This document shows positions 43,385 to 55,002 of a stretch of DNA of 64,000 nucleotides, in pieces. A model generated the notes under the pieces. That model ran no database searches. It worked only from the letters and a program-made list of their open reading frames with translations, and had not been told where the DNA came from. Each line of letters opens with the position of its first letter. The first letter of the stretch is position 1. The stretch is from Octopus sinensis (Eukaryota). The stretch covers positions 167,090,001-167,154,000 of the forward strand of contig NC_042998.1 of the NCBI RefSeq assembly GCF_006345805.1. Reading direction: 5' to 3'. The position numbers and the translations under genes were made by a program.

Positions 43385-44509
43385 GTATATATATATATAT
43401 ACACACACACACACATATATATATATATACACATACACATATATATGTATATATATATATGTATATATATATATATACACACACACACACATATATATAT
43501 ATATAATATATATATATATATCTATATATATATATATGTGTGTGTGTGTGTATGTGTAGGTATTTGTAAGTATAAATACATCCATACTTTATGATGTATC
43601 AATTTATAATCAACGAAAAGTATACGTGGTAAGAAATACGGGATAAGAAGATACTGGATATGATTAACTTCTTCCATTGTGTTTACAAGGAGCCCGATGG
43701 CTGTCGCTCTTAACTTCATTGTAATCACACTTTAATTCTATATGGAAACTTGCAAGATGAGGAATATCCCAGGCGTTGCTGTATGGCAAGCGTTTTTTTT
43801 TTGCCAACGGCATGACTCCGTGTTCAGTCCCACAGCGTTGTGATTGAGAGGATAAGTTAATACCAGGCAATCTCCTCTGCAAAATTTCATGCTGGAATCT
43901 TGCTTGCAAAGTGTTTAAATAACAGTTTAAGAGTTGCACCTTTTGATTAACTATAAAATGATTGGATATAAGTCGGTAAATTATTATTGGAGCATCTCGC
44001 CTGTATATCAAATGTTTTAATCCTCATCCGTTTTGCTGAACGGCCGGCATTTATTTCATATTGCATGCAAACCTTATGCAATAAATTTACAGCTCATTCA
44101 CTTCCTCAGACATTCCACATTATAATTTGATTCACAATAAGCTTACTTACGAATACCATGACAACAAAAGTTTGTCTATTTATTTAATATTATTTAATAG
44201 ACATAGTATTAAGTTTTCGTATTCAGCCACTAGAAATTTAGCTGAAACTATTGCAGCACAAAATAAAAAGAAAATTAGAGAATATATAAACTCTAAATAA
44301 TCATAGAACTGATATGTATAATGAAATTAAAGTTATTGATAATCATTTGGAACAAGCTTTAGATTCTATAATTGATCAATTATTATTATTATTATTATAT
44401 TATTATTATTGGGAAGCAAGCTTCTTACCACGCAACTACGTATATATGTGTATATATATATATATATTATATATATATTATATATACACATACACATATA
44501 TATGTATAT

Positions 44510-44601
<92 letters not shown>

Positions 44602-44607
44602 CATATA

Positions 44608-44758
44608 TACAACTAAAAATAAGGGTGTCTGAGAGACACCACCATGCTGAAATAGCAGTCAAATCCTGACTCTAAAAACCACGTCGTTTTTAGAGTCAGG
44701 GATTTGACTGCTATTTCAGCATGGTGGTGTCTCTCAGACACCCTTATTTTTAGTTGTA
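44608..44758. repeat. Near-perfect palindrome (72/73-bp arms, 6-nt spacer)
   Basis: tacaactaaaaataaggg...ctctaaaaac cacgtc gtttttagag...ttttagttgta. One 1-nt indel between the arms. Confidence 0.97.
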
Positions 44759-45023
44759 AAAACTTATTACCTTTGTATGGTATTTTTCCCATGCTGGCCA
44801 CTTGATAATATCGATATTTTCCTTATTTATAAATATATATATATATATATATATATTACATAAGGGACTAAAGCCATCTGAATATGGCTAGGGACAGGGC
44901 AGGGTGGTGGGGGTGTTACTGTTGCATTTAGCCCCAGGCGAACATCAACGTCGCCAGATAGGCTTGACACCATCACGGTGTCCTTTACCCTGCAAAGGGA
45001 GATAATTCCCCGATGAAGCGGAA

Positions 45024-45075
45024 ACCACACACGGACCTAGGTTTCAAGGTGTATTGCCTATCATCAACGTGTGGT
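45024..45075 (-). ncRNA. Type I hammerhead, array unit 1
   Basis: ACCACACG-TTGATGA-t-AGG caataca CCT-t-GAAAC-CTAG-GTC-CGTGTGTGGT. Stem I extends through cgaggaagcgg/ccgcttcatcg (45011-45092). Predicted cleavage between 45034 and 45033. Confidence 0.75.
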
Positions 45076-45385
45076 AGGCCCCCGCTTCCTCGACGAACAA
45101 CCCACCTTGCAGGATATTTATATATAGATCTTCAAGCAAAATACATTTGCTGATTTCGAAAATCTGTTCGACAGCAATAATAATTCTGTAAATGAGATAT
45201 AGACAGTAACTGCTCCATAACATAAGGGACTAAAGCCATCTGAATATGGCTAGGGACAGGGCAGGGTGGTGGGGGTGTTACTGTTGCATTTAGCCCCAGG
45301 CGAACATCAACGTCGCCAGATAGGCTTGACACCATCACGGTGTCCTTTACCCTGCAAAGGGAGATAATTCCCCGATGAAGCGGAA

Positions 45386-45437
45386 ACCACACACGGACCT
45401 AGGTTTCAAGGTGTATTGCCTATCATCAATGTGTGGT
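45386..45437 (-). ncRNA. Type I hammerhead, array unit 2
   Basis: Same as unit 1 except ACCACACA, a G>A change at the stem I base. Predicted cleavage between 45396 and 45395. Confidence 0.7.
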
Positions 45438-45679
45438 AGGCCCCCCGCTTCCTCGACGAACAACCCACTCTGCAGGATATTTATATATAGATCTTCAAGC
45501 AAAATACATTTGCTGATTTCGAAAATCTGTTCGACAGCAATAATAATTCTCTAAATGAGATATAGACAGTAACTGCTCCATAACATAAGGGACTAAAGCC
45601 ATCTGAATATGGCTAGGGACAGGGCAGGGTGGTGGGGGTGTTACTGTTGCATTTAGCCCCGTCGAGGAAGCGGGGGCCT

Positions 45680-45731
45680 ACCACACGTTGATGATAGGCA
45701 ATACACCTTGAAACCTAGGTCCGTGTGTGGT
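45680..45731 (+). ncRNA. Type I hammerhead, inverted copy
   Basis: accacacg TTGATGA taggcaatacacctt GAAAC CTAG GTC cgtgtgtggt, read directly on the + strand. Confidence 0.75.
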
Positions 45732-45990
45732 TTCCGCTTCATCGGGGAATTATCTCCCTTTGCAGGGTAAAGGACACCGTGATGGTGTCAAGCCTATCTG
45801 GCGACGTTGATGTTCGCCTGGGGCTAAATGCAACGGTAACACCTCCACCACCCTGCCCTGTCCCTAGCCACATTCAGATGGCTTTAGTCCCTTATGTTAT
45901 GGAGCAGTTACTGTCTATATCTCATTTAGAGAATATTATTGCTATATATATATTTATATACCAATAAACACATATATAATTATATATACG

Positions 45991-46120
<130 letters not shown>

Positions 46121-46539
46121 TTCCTTTCCTCTTTTCTTCTTTTCTCTATCTTTGCTTTTCGCAGTTTCTATGTCCTCCCCTCTCTTTCAACCACTAACAT
46201 CATACAAGACTTTGTGTGTGTGTGTGTGTGCGTATGTGTGTGAGGGGAAGGGAGGGGATGAGCATTACTTGTTATTTATTGCAAGGAAATACTGCGTGAC
46301 ATTTTGTTTCTCACAAACATAATTTCACTGTATTAGAACTTTTGGCAACACCCATCAGCTTTCTCCCAAGCGACCTCTTTGGGGTAATTAATATCTTGAA
46401 TAAAGCTAACTTTATATCAAAAGAATTTCTTTGAAATCCAGGTATACTTTTCAACTGCGGACATTTGTTCACTCCTAACATACAGCCAGCGCATTGCATC
46501 GCACAATATATATATATATATATATAATATTATATTATA

Positions 46540-48090
46540 TTATATTGAATAAGAGATAAAACCACTATTAGGCAAATCATACAATGAAAAACTTAAGCCA
46601 ATACATAAGATTAATTAATTTATATTATTTTAAATATATATCAAAATTATTAAAAAAAGATAATGAGTATAACACTACGATCGTTTCATGGCTGTCCAAT
46701 TCGTAAAAATTCGAGTTACAGTCAATCTTCAGGTGATTGAAATATCTAAGATATAATCAGAAATATTTAAACAATATTTTTAAGATATAAATAATATATA
46801 TAATATAATAATTTTACTTATAATAAACTCTATTATCAAACTAGAGACATAGAACTTAACAATTATGATTATATCCAAATCGACTATAAAGTTAAATATT
46901 AATTTTAATTTATAAGGTAAGAAACCCACCCATAATCTAATATCAATATTAGTCTATATCTAATTACATAAATATTTAAAATGACTAATATATATAAATT
47001 ATCAATGAAAATATATAAATGTATATAAATATTATAATTAAGATCTAAAATAATCTCTATAAATAATTGTATATGCACATATAATAAAAACCTAATAAAT
47101 TTAATTTTTCATATTTAAAGATGAAATAGCTAATTTCAAAATACAAATAAACTAACTTAAACGAACTTTCGGAAATCTTATGTAAAATACTTTTAGAAAT
47201 AATCAATTCGTAGTAATATAGTATCGAATAAATACTATAAATACTATAAATATAATTATCAATGGGAATAATTATCGAATATAAATTTAAAGAAATAACT
47301 AAGTTATGCTATTAAATTAGACATGGCCTGGACCAATCTTTAGTCGAAACATATCTAAGTTTATCAAAGTTTATCTAATTTAATTATAAATTTAAAACTA
47401 CAATTAATACTATTAAAACATGTATATAGAAAGCCTAACTTAATACACCTCGTATGCTTGCTATCAAATAACAAATCTATCGCTAGGAAGTATCTTACGA
47501 ATAAACTTAAATTTAATATCTAATAATATAGATAATTACGATAATTAGATCATTACATAAACAACGATATTTACATAAGGAGAATATTATTACTCCAAAG
47601 GCTTATACAATATTAAAATTTACAATTTGAAGATCTTAAATAAATACATATTTATCTTAGCGAGGTTTAACAATGAACTAAAATTTTGAATCAGAAAACG
47701 TCTTTTACAGCGTTTATAAGAATACTCGTGGAATTACGTTATTAGCAACAAAAAAAAAGAATAAATTGTTGAAGAATTCATTACGCGTGAGGAACCTACG
47801 TTTTATTAAAGATTGTGAATGGGAAAATTATTTGTTTATCATTGTAAATAGAATGAAATCACAAATAAAGAATAAAATCTCTCTATACTATAATATTTAT
47901 TAATAAAATAACTATGATAAATGAAACTTAATACAAAATAAATTAAATGATTTAAATGATTAAAAACCACTAATTATTAAATATATTCTAAAAATCTTAT
48001 AAGATTAATAAATATATAAAAATTTATTTATATAGTAACCCCTCAACATACTATAAATTCTTTCCCATGCCCTTATAATTATAAGCTAAA
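46540..48090. mobile_element. Very AT-rich decayed repeat region, probably PLE-derived
   Basis: Extreme AT content, carries the HHR at 46673-46735 and a ~30-bp segment (47308-47337) found inverted at 51316-51345. No intact ORF. Confidence 0.4.
46673..46735 (-). ncRNA. Minimal type I hammerhead ribozyme
   Basis: Minus strand CAC-CTGAAGA-t-TGACTGT...ACAGCCA-t-GAAAC-GATC-GTA-GTG. Stem III palindrome ACGATCGT. Stem II has one mismatch and an inner extension. Confidence 0.75.
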
Positions 48091-48185
48091 ATTAGTGATC
48101 ATAACAAAATCTATAAATACTTATCAAAATTTGTAGTATAACTATACATACGTATACATCAATATATAAGAAAATATACATATAC

Positions 48186-48228
<43 letters not shown>

Positions 48229-49039
48229 ATATATACATACATATACATACACATACATATATACACATACGCACATACATACATATATATATATACATAC
48301 ATATACATACACATACATATATACACATACGCACATACATACATATACATATATACACATACGCACATACATACATATACATACACATACATATATACAC
48401 ATACGCACATACATACATATACATATATATATATATATATATACATATATATACACACACACATCATCATATACACATATATACATACGCACACAACCAC
48501 ATATATATATATATGAGAGACAAACAGACAGATAGACAGTCATACGCTGATAGATATTTTTACACATACATATAAATATGTATAAACATGTATTGTGTGT
48601 GTGTGTGTGAGTGTGTGTGTGTGTGTGTGTGTGAGCGTGCCCGTGTTTGTGTGCGCGCGTGTGTGTGTGTGTGTAAATTGTAACACAAATGGGCTGAGGT
48701 ACACTACAGTTGTTTCAGACGAATTCTTTTTTATTGATGAACAACTCAATTAAATCATGCAAAAAACTTTTCTTCGGCTGTATCAAGATTAAAATGCGAA
48801 ATTTAGCATCTAGGAGTTTGCTCAAAAGAATTTAGAATGTAGTTTAACCCTCTCATATCCAGAAGTAAGATACACGCGTGTGTGTGTGATATGTGTGTGT
48901 GTATGTGTCTGTCCCTGTGTGTATCTGTATGTGTCTGCGTGTCTGTTTGCATGTATATATATATATATATTTAGATTCAGATGAATATGGTACTTAAGTT
49001 GAGGCATCAGAATTTAGTATGGTACAATTTCAAAATAAG

Positions 49040-51250
49040 ATGATTAAAATCGAAATAAGCAACAAGGAAATCCAGTGGTAATGCAGTACGATCGTACTGC
49101 ATTACCCCTGGATATCCTTGCATCCTTCATTCTTCTACACGGAAAAGGCCAGACAGAAAAAGAAACAGACTACATCACGAACTTCAAATGTAAACCCAGT
49201 CTTTTTTACGGCCTCCCTAAAATACATAAGAGCAAGATAATCAATGAAGCCTGCAAACAATCACCAGGCAAGTATATAAATATCCAAACGCCATAAGACT
49301 TGACTTTAAGACCCATTGTAGCTGGGCTGGCCTGTGAAACCCACCGACTAAGCAATTTTCTAGACATCCTACTGAAACCCTTGCTGAAATACATCAAAAG
49401 TTTCATTAGAGATGATTTAGACATGCTAGAACACTTACCAAAAACGATTAATGAAGAGGAAATATTGGTTACCCTCGATGTTATCAATCGTTACACCAAC
49501 ATCCCCCATGACTATGGAATAAAAACAATTAAATTCTGGTTGGAAAAGTACCCCGAAGTCCTCCCGGAACGCATAAACCATATCTTTATTATTGAATCCT
49601 TAAAATTTATACTTCAGAACATTTATTTCCTGTTTCATGAGACAGACTATCGTCAGAAATGCGGAATTGCGATGGGGATGAAAGCAGCTCCTGTTCTTGC
49701 GAACCTAACAATGGGTTACTTTGAATTTACCTTATATGCAGTATCACTTCAGAAATATGGTTACCCATTTTACCTCTACATAAGAGATACCTAGATGACT
49801 GCTTTATCATCTGGAAGGAGAACATCGACAAACTTTCGGATTTCAAGTCAACACTAAATGACATAAATTGTAACATTCAATTCACAATGGAATATAACAA
49901 AAAACAACTCCCATTTTTAGACATCATGATGAAAAAAGTTAACAATGAAATCATAACTGACATTTATTATAAACCAACTGATTCAAAACAATATCTTCTC
50001 TTTAACTCCTGCCACCCGAAACACATCAAAATAAACATCCCTTTCAATTTAGCAAAAAGGATTTGCGCAATAGTGTCTGATAGAACAACTTGGGACCTTC
50101 GCCTTCAAGACCTCAAAACAACACTTATTGAAAGACAATATCCACACTCACTTATCGACGAGGGAATTAAACGTGCCAAACAATTAGACACAAAAACACT
50201 ATGAACAACAAAACATAACACCACACCGCAACTCAAAACATTACTATTTATATCAACACACAGCCCCAGAAACAATGATGCATTCAACACTATTGTGCAA
50301 ACTCATCCTTTACTAACTACAGATCCAAAACTGAACAACATCCTGAAAACACACAAACTCATCAAATGCAAAAAACAAGACTACTAACAAATGCGAAGGT
50401 TTACAAAACAACCACGGAACCAACGGTTGAAAAATGTGGACGCCCAAATTGTGGAACCTGCCCCAACCTGCTTGAAGGCTCGGATTTCCTTTTCAAACAA
50501 GGACAGAGGTTCACAATTAAAACTAGTTTCACTTGTGCCTCTGAGAACCTAATTTATGTAATAACCTGCTCGGGTTGCGGATACCACTATATTGGACAAA
50601 TGAGTATGACCGTGAGAAAGAGAACGACTCTACATAAAGAGCAAATCCGTTTTCTGCAATACAGACAAATTTCTTTCAGTGAACATATAGAAAAATGTGC
50701 AGGTAACATCAAGCCAAATTTTATAGTCTACCAGTGCAAAGACGCAATCTCTCAACTAGAACGTTTAAATAAAGAAACTTTTTTCATTGAAAAATACAAA
50801 ACACGTCTTAATATGCACGCATAACCAACTTTTATCTTTTTACATATTTCAATTCACGATTACATCACTGTACATAAATCCCCTACTAAACAAGGTTTTT
50901 GAAATTTGTCTCTGTCTGTGCACATATATAATCCCCACCCATTACCGAAAGCTGAACAGTTATCTCCCTTACCCACAACAATAACAATAATAACGAGAAC
51001 CAATTACCTCCCTATACCTATCTACTTGTGAAGTCATTCACTCGTGAATTTCATCACACACAACATGGACAAAATTTCTTCTTAAGAAAATATATATATC
51101 CAAATAAGTAAAACACAATATCATGAATTGCGATAGCGAAACCGGTCGATATATTAAAAATTATATTAAAACTATGTAAGTGTGCGTATTTTCCTTTTTT
51201 AATTTCTTATATACATTACAACTCACTACGAGGGAATAATCGAAATTCCT
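49040..51250 (+). mobile_element. Penelope-like retroelement, RT plus GIY-YIG, frameshifted
   Basis: FYGLPKIHK, LRPIVAG, LVTLDVINRYTNIP, GIAMGMKAAPVLANL, (R)YLDDCFIIW across a frameshift, LPFLDI...YYKPTDSKQYLLFNSCHP, CGRPNCGTCP, NLIYVITCSGCGYHYIGQ. Confidence 0.95.
49300..50824 (+). pseudogene. PLE reverse transcriptase / GIY-YIG endonuclease pseudogene
   Basis: ORF-track pieces 49075-49296, 49300-49794, 49887-50204 and 50366-50824 join across frameshifts and stops. Confidence 0.92.
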
Positions 51251-51678
51251 TTTTTCTGTTACTACTATATATATATTTATATAACTTAGAATAACTTAGA
51301 AAGGTTTTGGCCAGTATTGGCCCAGGCCATGTCTAACTTAATAGCACCGTATTCCTTTTCATTTTATAAGTCTGGTAGGTTGCCGATTACAGCACTTCCA
51401 CCGTTTAGGCTACCTGATGTCATCTACAGTTGCGATGTTATTGTAATTTGATCTATGTCAGGAATCCCGCAGTGTTTGTTGAGTTTATAATGAATGAGAG
51501 AAACAGAAAATGGATTTAGCCAGAGATTTATTCTGTACATATAACCTGTACATAGGTCTGGCTATAGTCCATAGTGTATACATAATATAAATTAAAGTAA
51601 TGAACCCATTGATGTATTAATAATTCTTGCTAATTCCATTTTCTGATCCCCTCATTCATTATATCTGTGTGTGTGCGC

Positions 51679-51713
<35 letters not shown>

Positions 51714-51836
51714 CGTGCATGCGTCTGTGTGCGCGCGTGTGTGTGCGTGCGTACGTGTTTATATACGTATGGATTTTTTGTAATTAATATATATATATAT
51801 ATATATTATATTATTATTATCATTATTATCATATAT

Positions 51837-51869
<33 letters not shown>

Positions 51870-52110
51870 GAAATTTAACAAACAGTATATATTTGAATAT
51901 TTTTATGAGCTACTAATATTTTCGTACAATGAAAAACAATTCGGATGGCATTTTGTAAAATGTCTTTTGCCTCCACGCAGACTCAAGCTTTATTATAACA
52001 TAATATTTATCTCTCATCTGATGGAGTACTTTTTTGTTGCTCTCACCACCACGGAACAGTAGACTGTATGTATGTGTGTGTGTGTGTGTGTGTGTATGTA
52101 GGTATGTATG

Positions 52111-52143
<33 letters not shown>

Positions 52144-52152
52144 CTATGTATT

Positions 52153-52202
<50 letters not shown>

Positions 52203-52209
<7 letters not shown>

Positions 52210-52456
52210 GGCCTCTAAAAGAAGAAGCAAGTACTAGATACACAAAAAGTGGATAAATTCAATGAAATAAAATCAAAAACGTTTACAAACTCGGCTCATC
52301 TTATACTGCAGTTTCGTCTTTTTTTAGCAGTAAAAAAAAGACGAAACTGCAGTATAAGATGAGCCGAGTTTGTAAACGTTTTTGATTTTAATTTCATTGA
52401 ATTTATCCACTTTTTGTGTATCTAGTACTTGCTTCTTCTTTTAGAGGCCTTTTAAT
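52203..52456. repeat. Near-perfect long palindrome (124/126-bp arms, 4-nt loop)
   Basis: attaaaaggcctctaaaagaag...gtcttttttta gcag taaaaaaaagac...agaggccttttaat. The arms differ only by two 1-nt indels. Confidence 0.97.
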
Positions 52457-52551
52457 GTACTTATATATGAATAACATATAGCCTAATGGCTAATTTGTCT
52501 TTTGTACTAGATCACCGGTAATAATAATTTTTTCATTACCTTTTTACTGTG

Positions 52552-52585
<34 letters not shown>

Positions 52586-52588
52586 AGT

Positions 52589-52638
<50 letters not shown>

Positions 52639-53054
52639 ATGTATGTATGTATGTATGTATGTATATTAGGATATTAGGTTATATTCGATAAAGAAAGGTA
52701 TTAAAAAGCCATCTTAAATGTTCGATTCACTTACGTCTGTGTGTGTGTGTGTGTTCATTCTCTGCGTTTATTTGAATTAAACAAATCTATACATATAAAT
52801 ATATAATGCTTGACGTCCTTGTCCCACCTCTTGTTTTTCTATAACCACATATTTGTACATCTCCATACATGATGCAAGCCCTTTTCGTAATACGTTTTAC
52901 ATGCATGAATGGTCCTTTTTGACAATAAACGAAAGTATTATTTAAGCTGATTCAGCTGGTTGAATTCGAAACACATGAATGAACATTACCGTAGCACTCG
53001 GTAACTAGGGGTCGGCACTTACGACATTAGTCTGTATTCATGAAACTACATACA

Positions 53055-53125
<71 letters not shown>

Positions 53126-53176
53126 ATTCATGAAACTGCATACAATATATATATATATAATATATATATATATATA

Positions 53177-53226
<50 letters not shown>

Positions 53227-54446
53227 TTGAGTGCTATTACCCTGAGAATGTGCAATCATTTAGAGAAATATTTAGATACTATACATTCAACCATGAATGG
53301 CTGTGTGGATATTGTTTGTGCACCCTTTTCTTCTTAATCCGTCAGACGAAAATGATAGCAAGAAACCAGGTAAAGATTTAAAGATAAAGGTACAAGTGGT
53401 GATATGATAACAATCAGCAACTTTTGTCTGATACCCAGTACACGACAGAAGGTAACATAGTACATACATGTATTACTTAGTAGAATATTTGAAGGCGTGT
53501 TTCTCGTCTTGCTGTTTTCACTGCAACGAATGCATATTTAACGAGCCAACATAGTAAATTATATGCGGTCTCACGGTCTGCTTGATATAACAGCCAAGTT
53601 ATCTTCAAATAACATCCCACCGTCTTAAAAGAAAATAGGCAGTGGATAATGTAGTCTTACAAATAAACTGAAACTGACACACCATTGGTTACGATTACGA
53701 GGGTTCCAGTTGATCCGATCAAGCTGCTCGTGAAATTTACGTCCAAGTGGCTGAGCACTCCACAGATACGTGTATCTTTAATGTAGTTCTCAGGGAGATT
53801 CAGCATGATACAGAATGTGACAAGACCGGCCCTTTGAAATACAGGTACTGCACATTTTTGCCAGCTGAATGGACAGGAGCAACGTATCTTGCTCAAGGAT
53901 ACCACGCGCCGCCGGGAATTGACCATACGATCAGGAGTCGAATACCATAAACACCAAGCCATGCGCCTTCACAACCTTACAAATTCAACGTCTGAAAATA
54001 TGATGGCATGGTTACAGCTAACAGGACATTTGACTCTAAGTCTGCTGGATCAGAACTGAATTAAGGTTAAATAAGAACAACAATAACATACATAAAGTGC
54101 AATTTAGGTGTTGTGTTGTTATTGTGACCAAGTTTGGGATGGTCAAATATTGTTGTGGGATACAGATATAAGTGCTATTGACAATCATTCTCATAATCTC
54201 GTCTGAGATTGTGCAAGAATGAAGAGGCGGGACAAGTCAGGAAAAAATTAAGTTGAGGATAGGAAATGGACTGAATTATGTTCGTATATATGTTAGTGTC
54301 TATGTGCGTGTTCCTATTCAACCAGTAGTCTACACAGAAATCAGTAATTATATGATACTGTGGCATCATCAACTGTTCATTCACCAGGGTGTTTCCAATT
54401 TCCTTTTTTATATCTTGTACATCTTAATATTGTTTTACTTCTATGT

Positions 54447-54726
54447 GTCATAGTGAGTAAACTTCTACGCATATCTTCTTTCACATGTTCAGTCTTTCGT
54501 TCTCTGTTACGGTATATACTAGTGGCAAGAAATATGTGGCCTTTTAGTCATTCACATGTGGTATTATGGAAAGAATACTTGATTTTGTCACAATGAGTAA
54601 ACTCCTGCGAATATTTTCTTTCATATATTCAGTCTTTCTTCTCTGAATTACGGCATATACAGGTGGTAAGAAACATGTGGCCTTTAAGTCATTCAAATGT
54701 GGCATTTACACAAAGAAGATTTAATT
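54447..54726. repeat. Diverged tandem duplication, 140-bp period
   Basis: gtca(t/c)a(g/a)tgagtaaact...gtggcc(t)tt.agtcattca.atgtgg at 54447 and 54587. Confidence 0.85.
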
Positions 54727-54922
54727 TTTGCATGACGAAATATTATGAATTTTGCTCAACAGTATTTATAAACATTGAATATTCTTTTAATCTTAATATG
54801 ATCGAATCTTCAGGACTAGTTTATTGTCTCTATCTGCCGAAACACTAGGTTACTGAATATAAAGTAGGACATAAACGGATTACACATGTTTAGTGTTCTT
54901 AAGTGGTGTGAAGGTAAACACG

Positions 54923-55002
<80 letters not shown>

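Larger units (their letters stand above)
44858..45943 (-). mobile_element. Retrozyme-like tandem array: 362/363-bp units with one hammerhead per complete unit, plus terminal inverted copy
   Basis: Units start (acataagggac) at 44858, 45220 and 45583 (the last partial, to 45660). 45661-45943 is the reverse complement of part of the unit. (TA)n on both sides. No credible ORF. Confidence 0.8.

Noticed and set aside
44858-45660. CRISPR-like or rRNA interpretation of the tandem array
   Set aside because: The units are near-identical along their whole 362 bp with no unique spacers, and there are no rRNA or tRNA hallmarks.
44827-45967. Thrice-repeated ORF MWFPLHRGIISLCRVKDTVMV... (44827-45030, 45132-45392, 45725-45967)
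   Set aside because: A by-product of the tandem repeat. It uses a GTG start inside stem I of the hammerhead, has variable C-termini and no recognisable domain.
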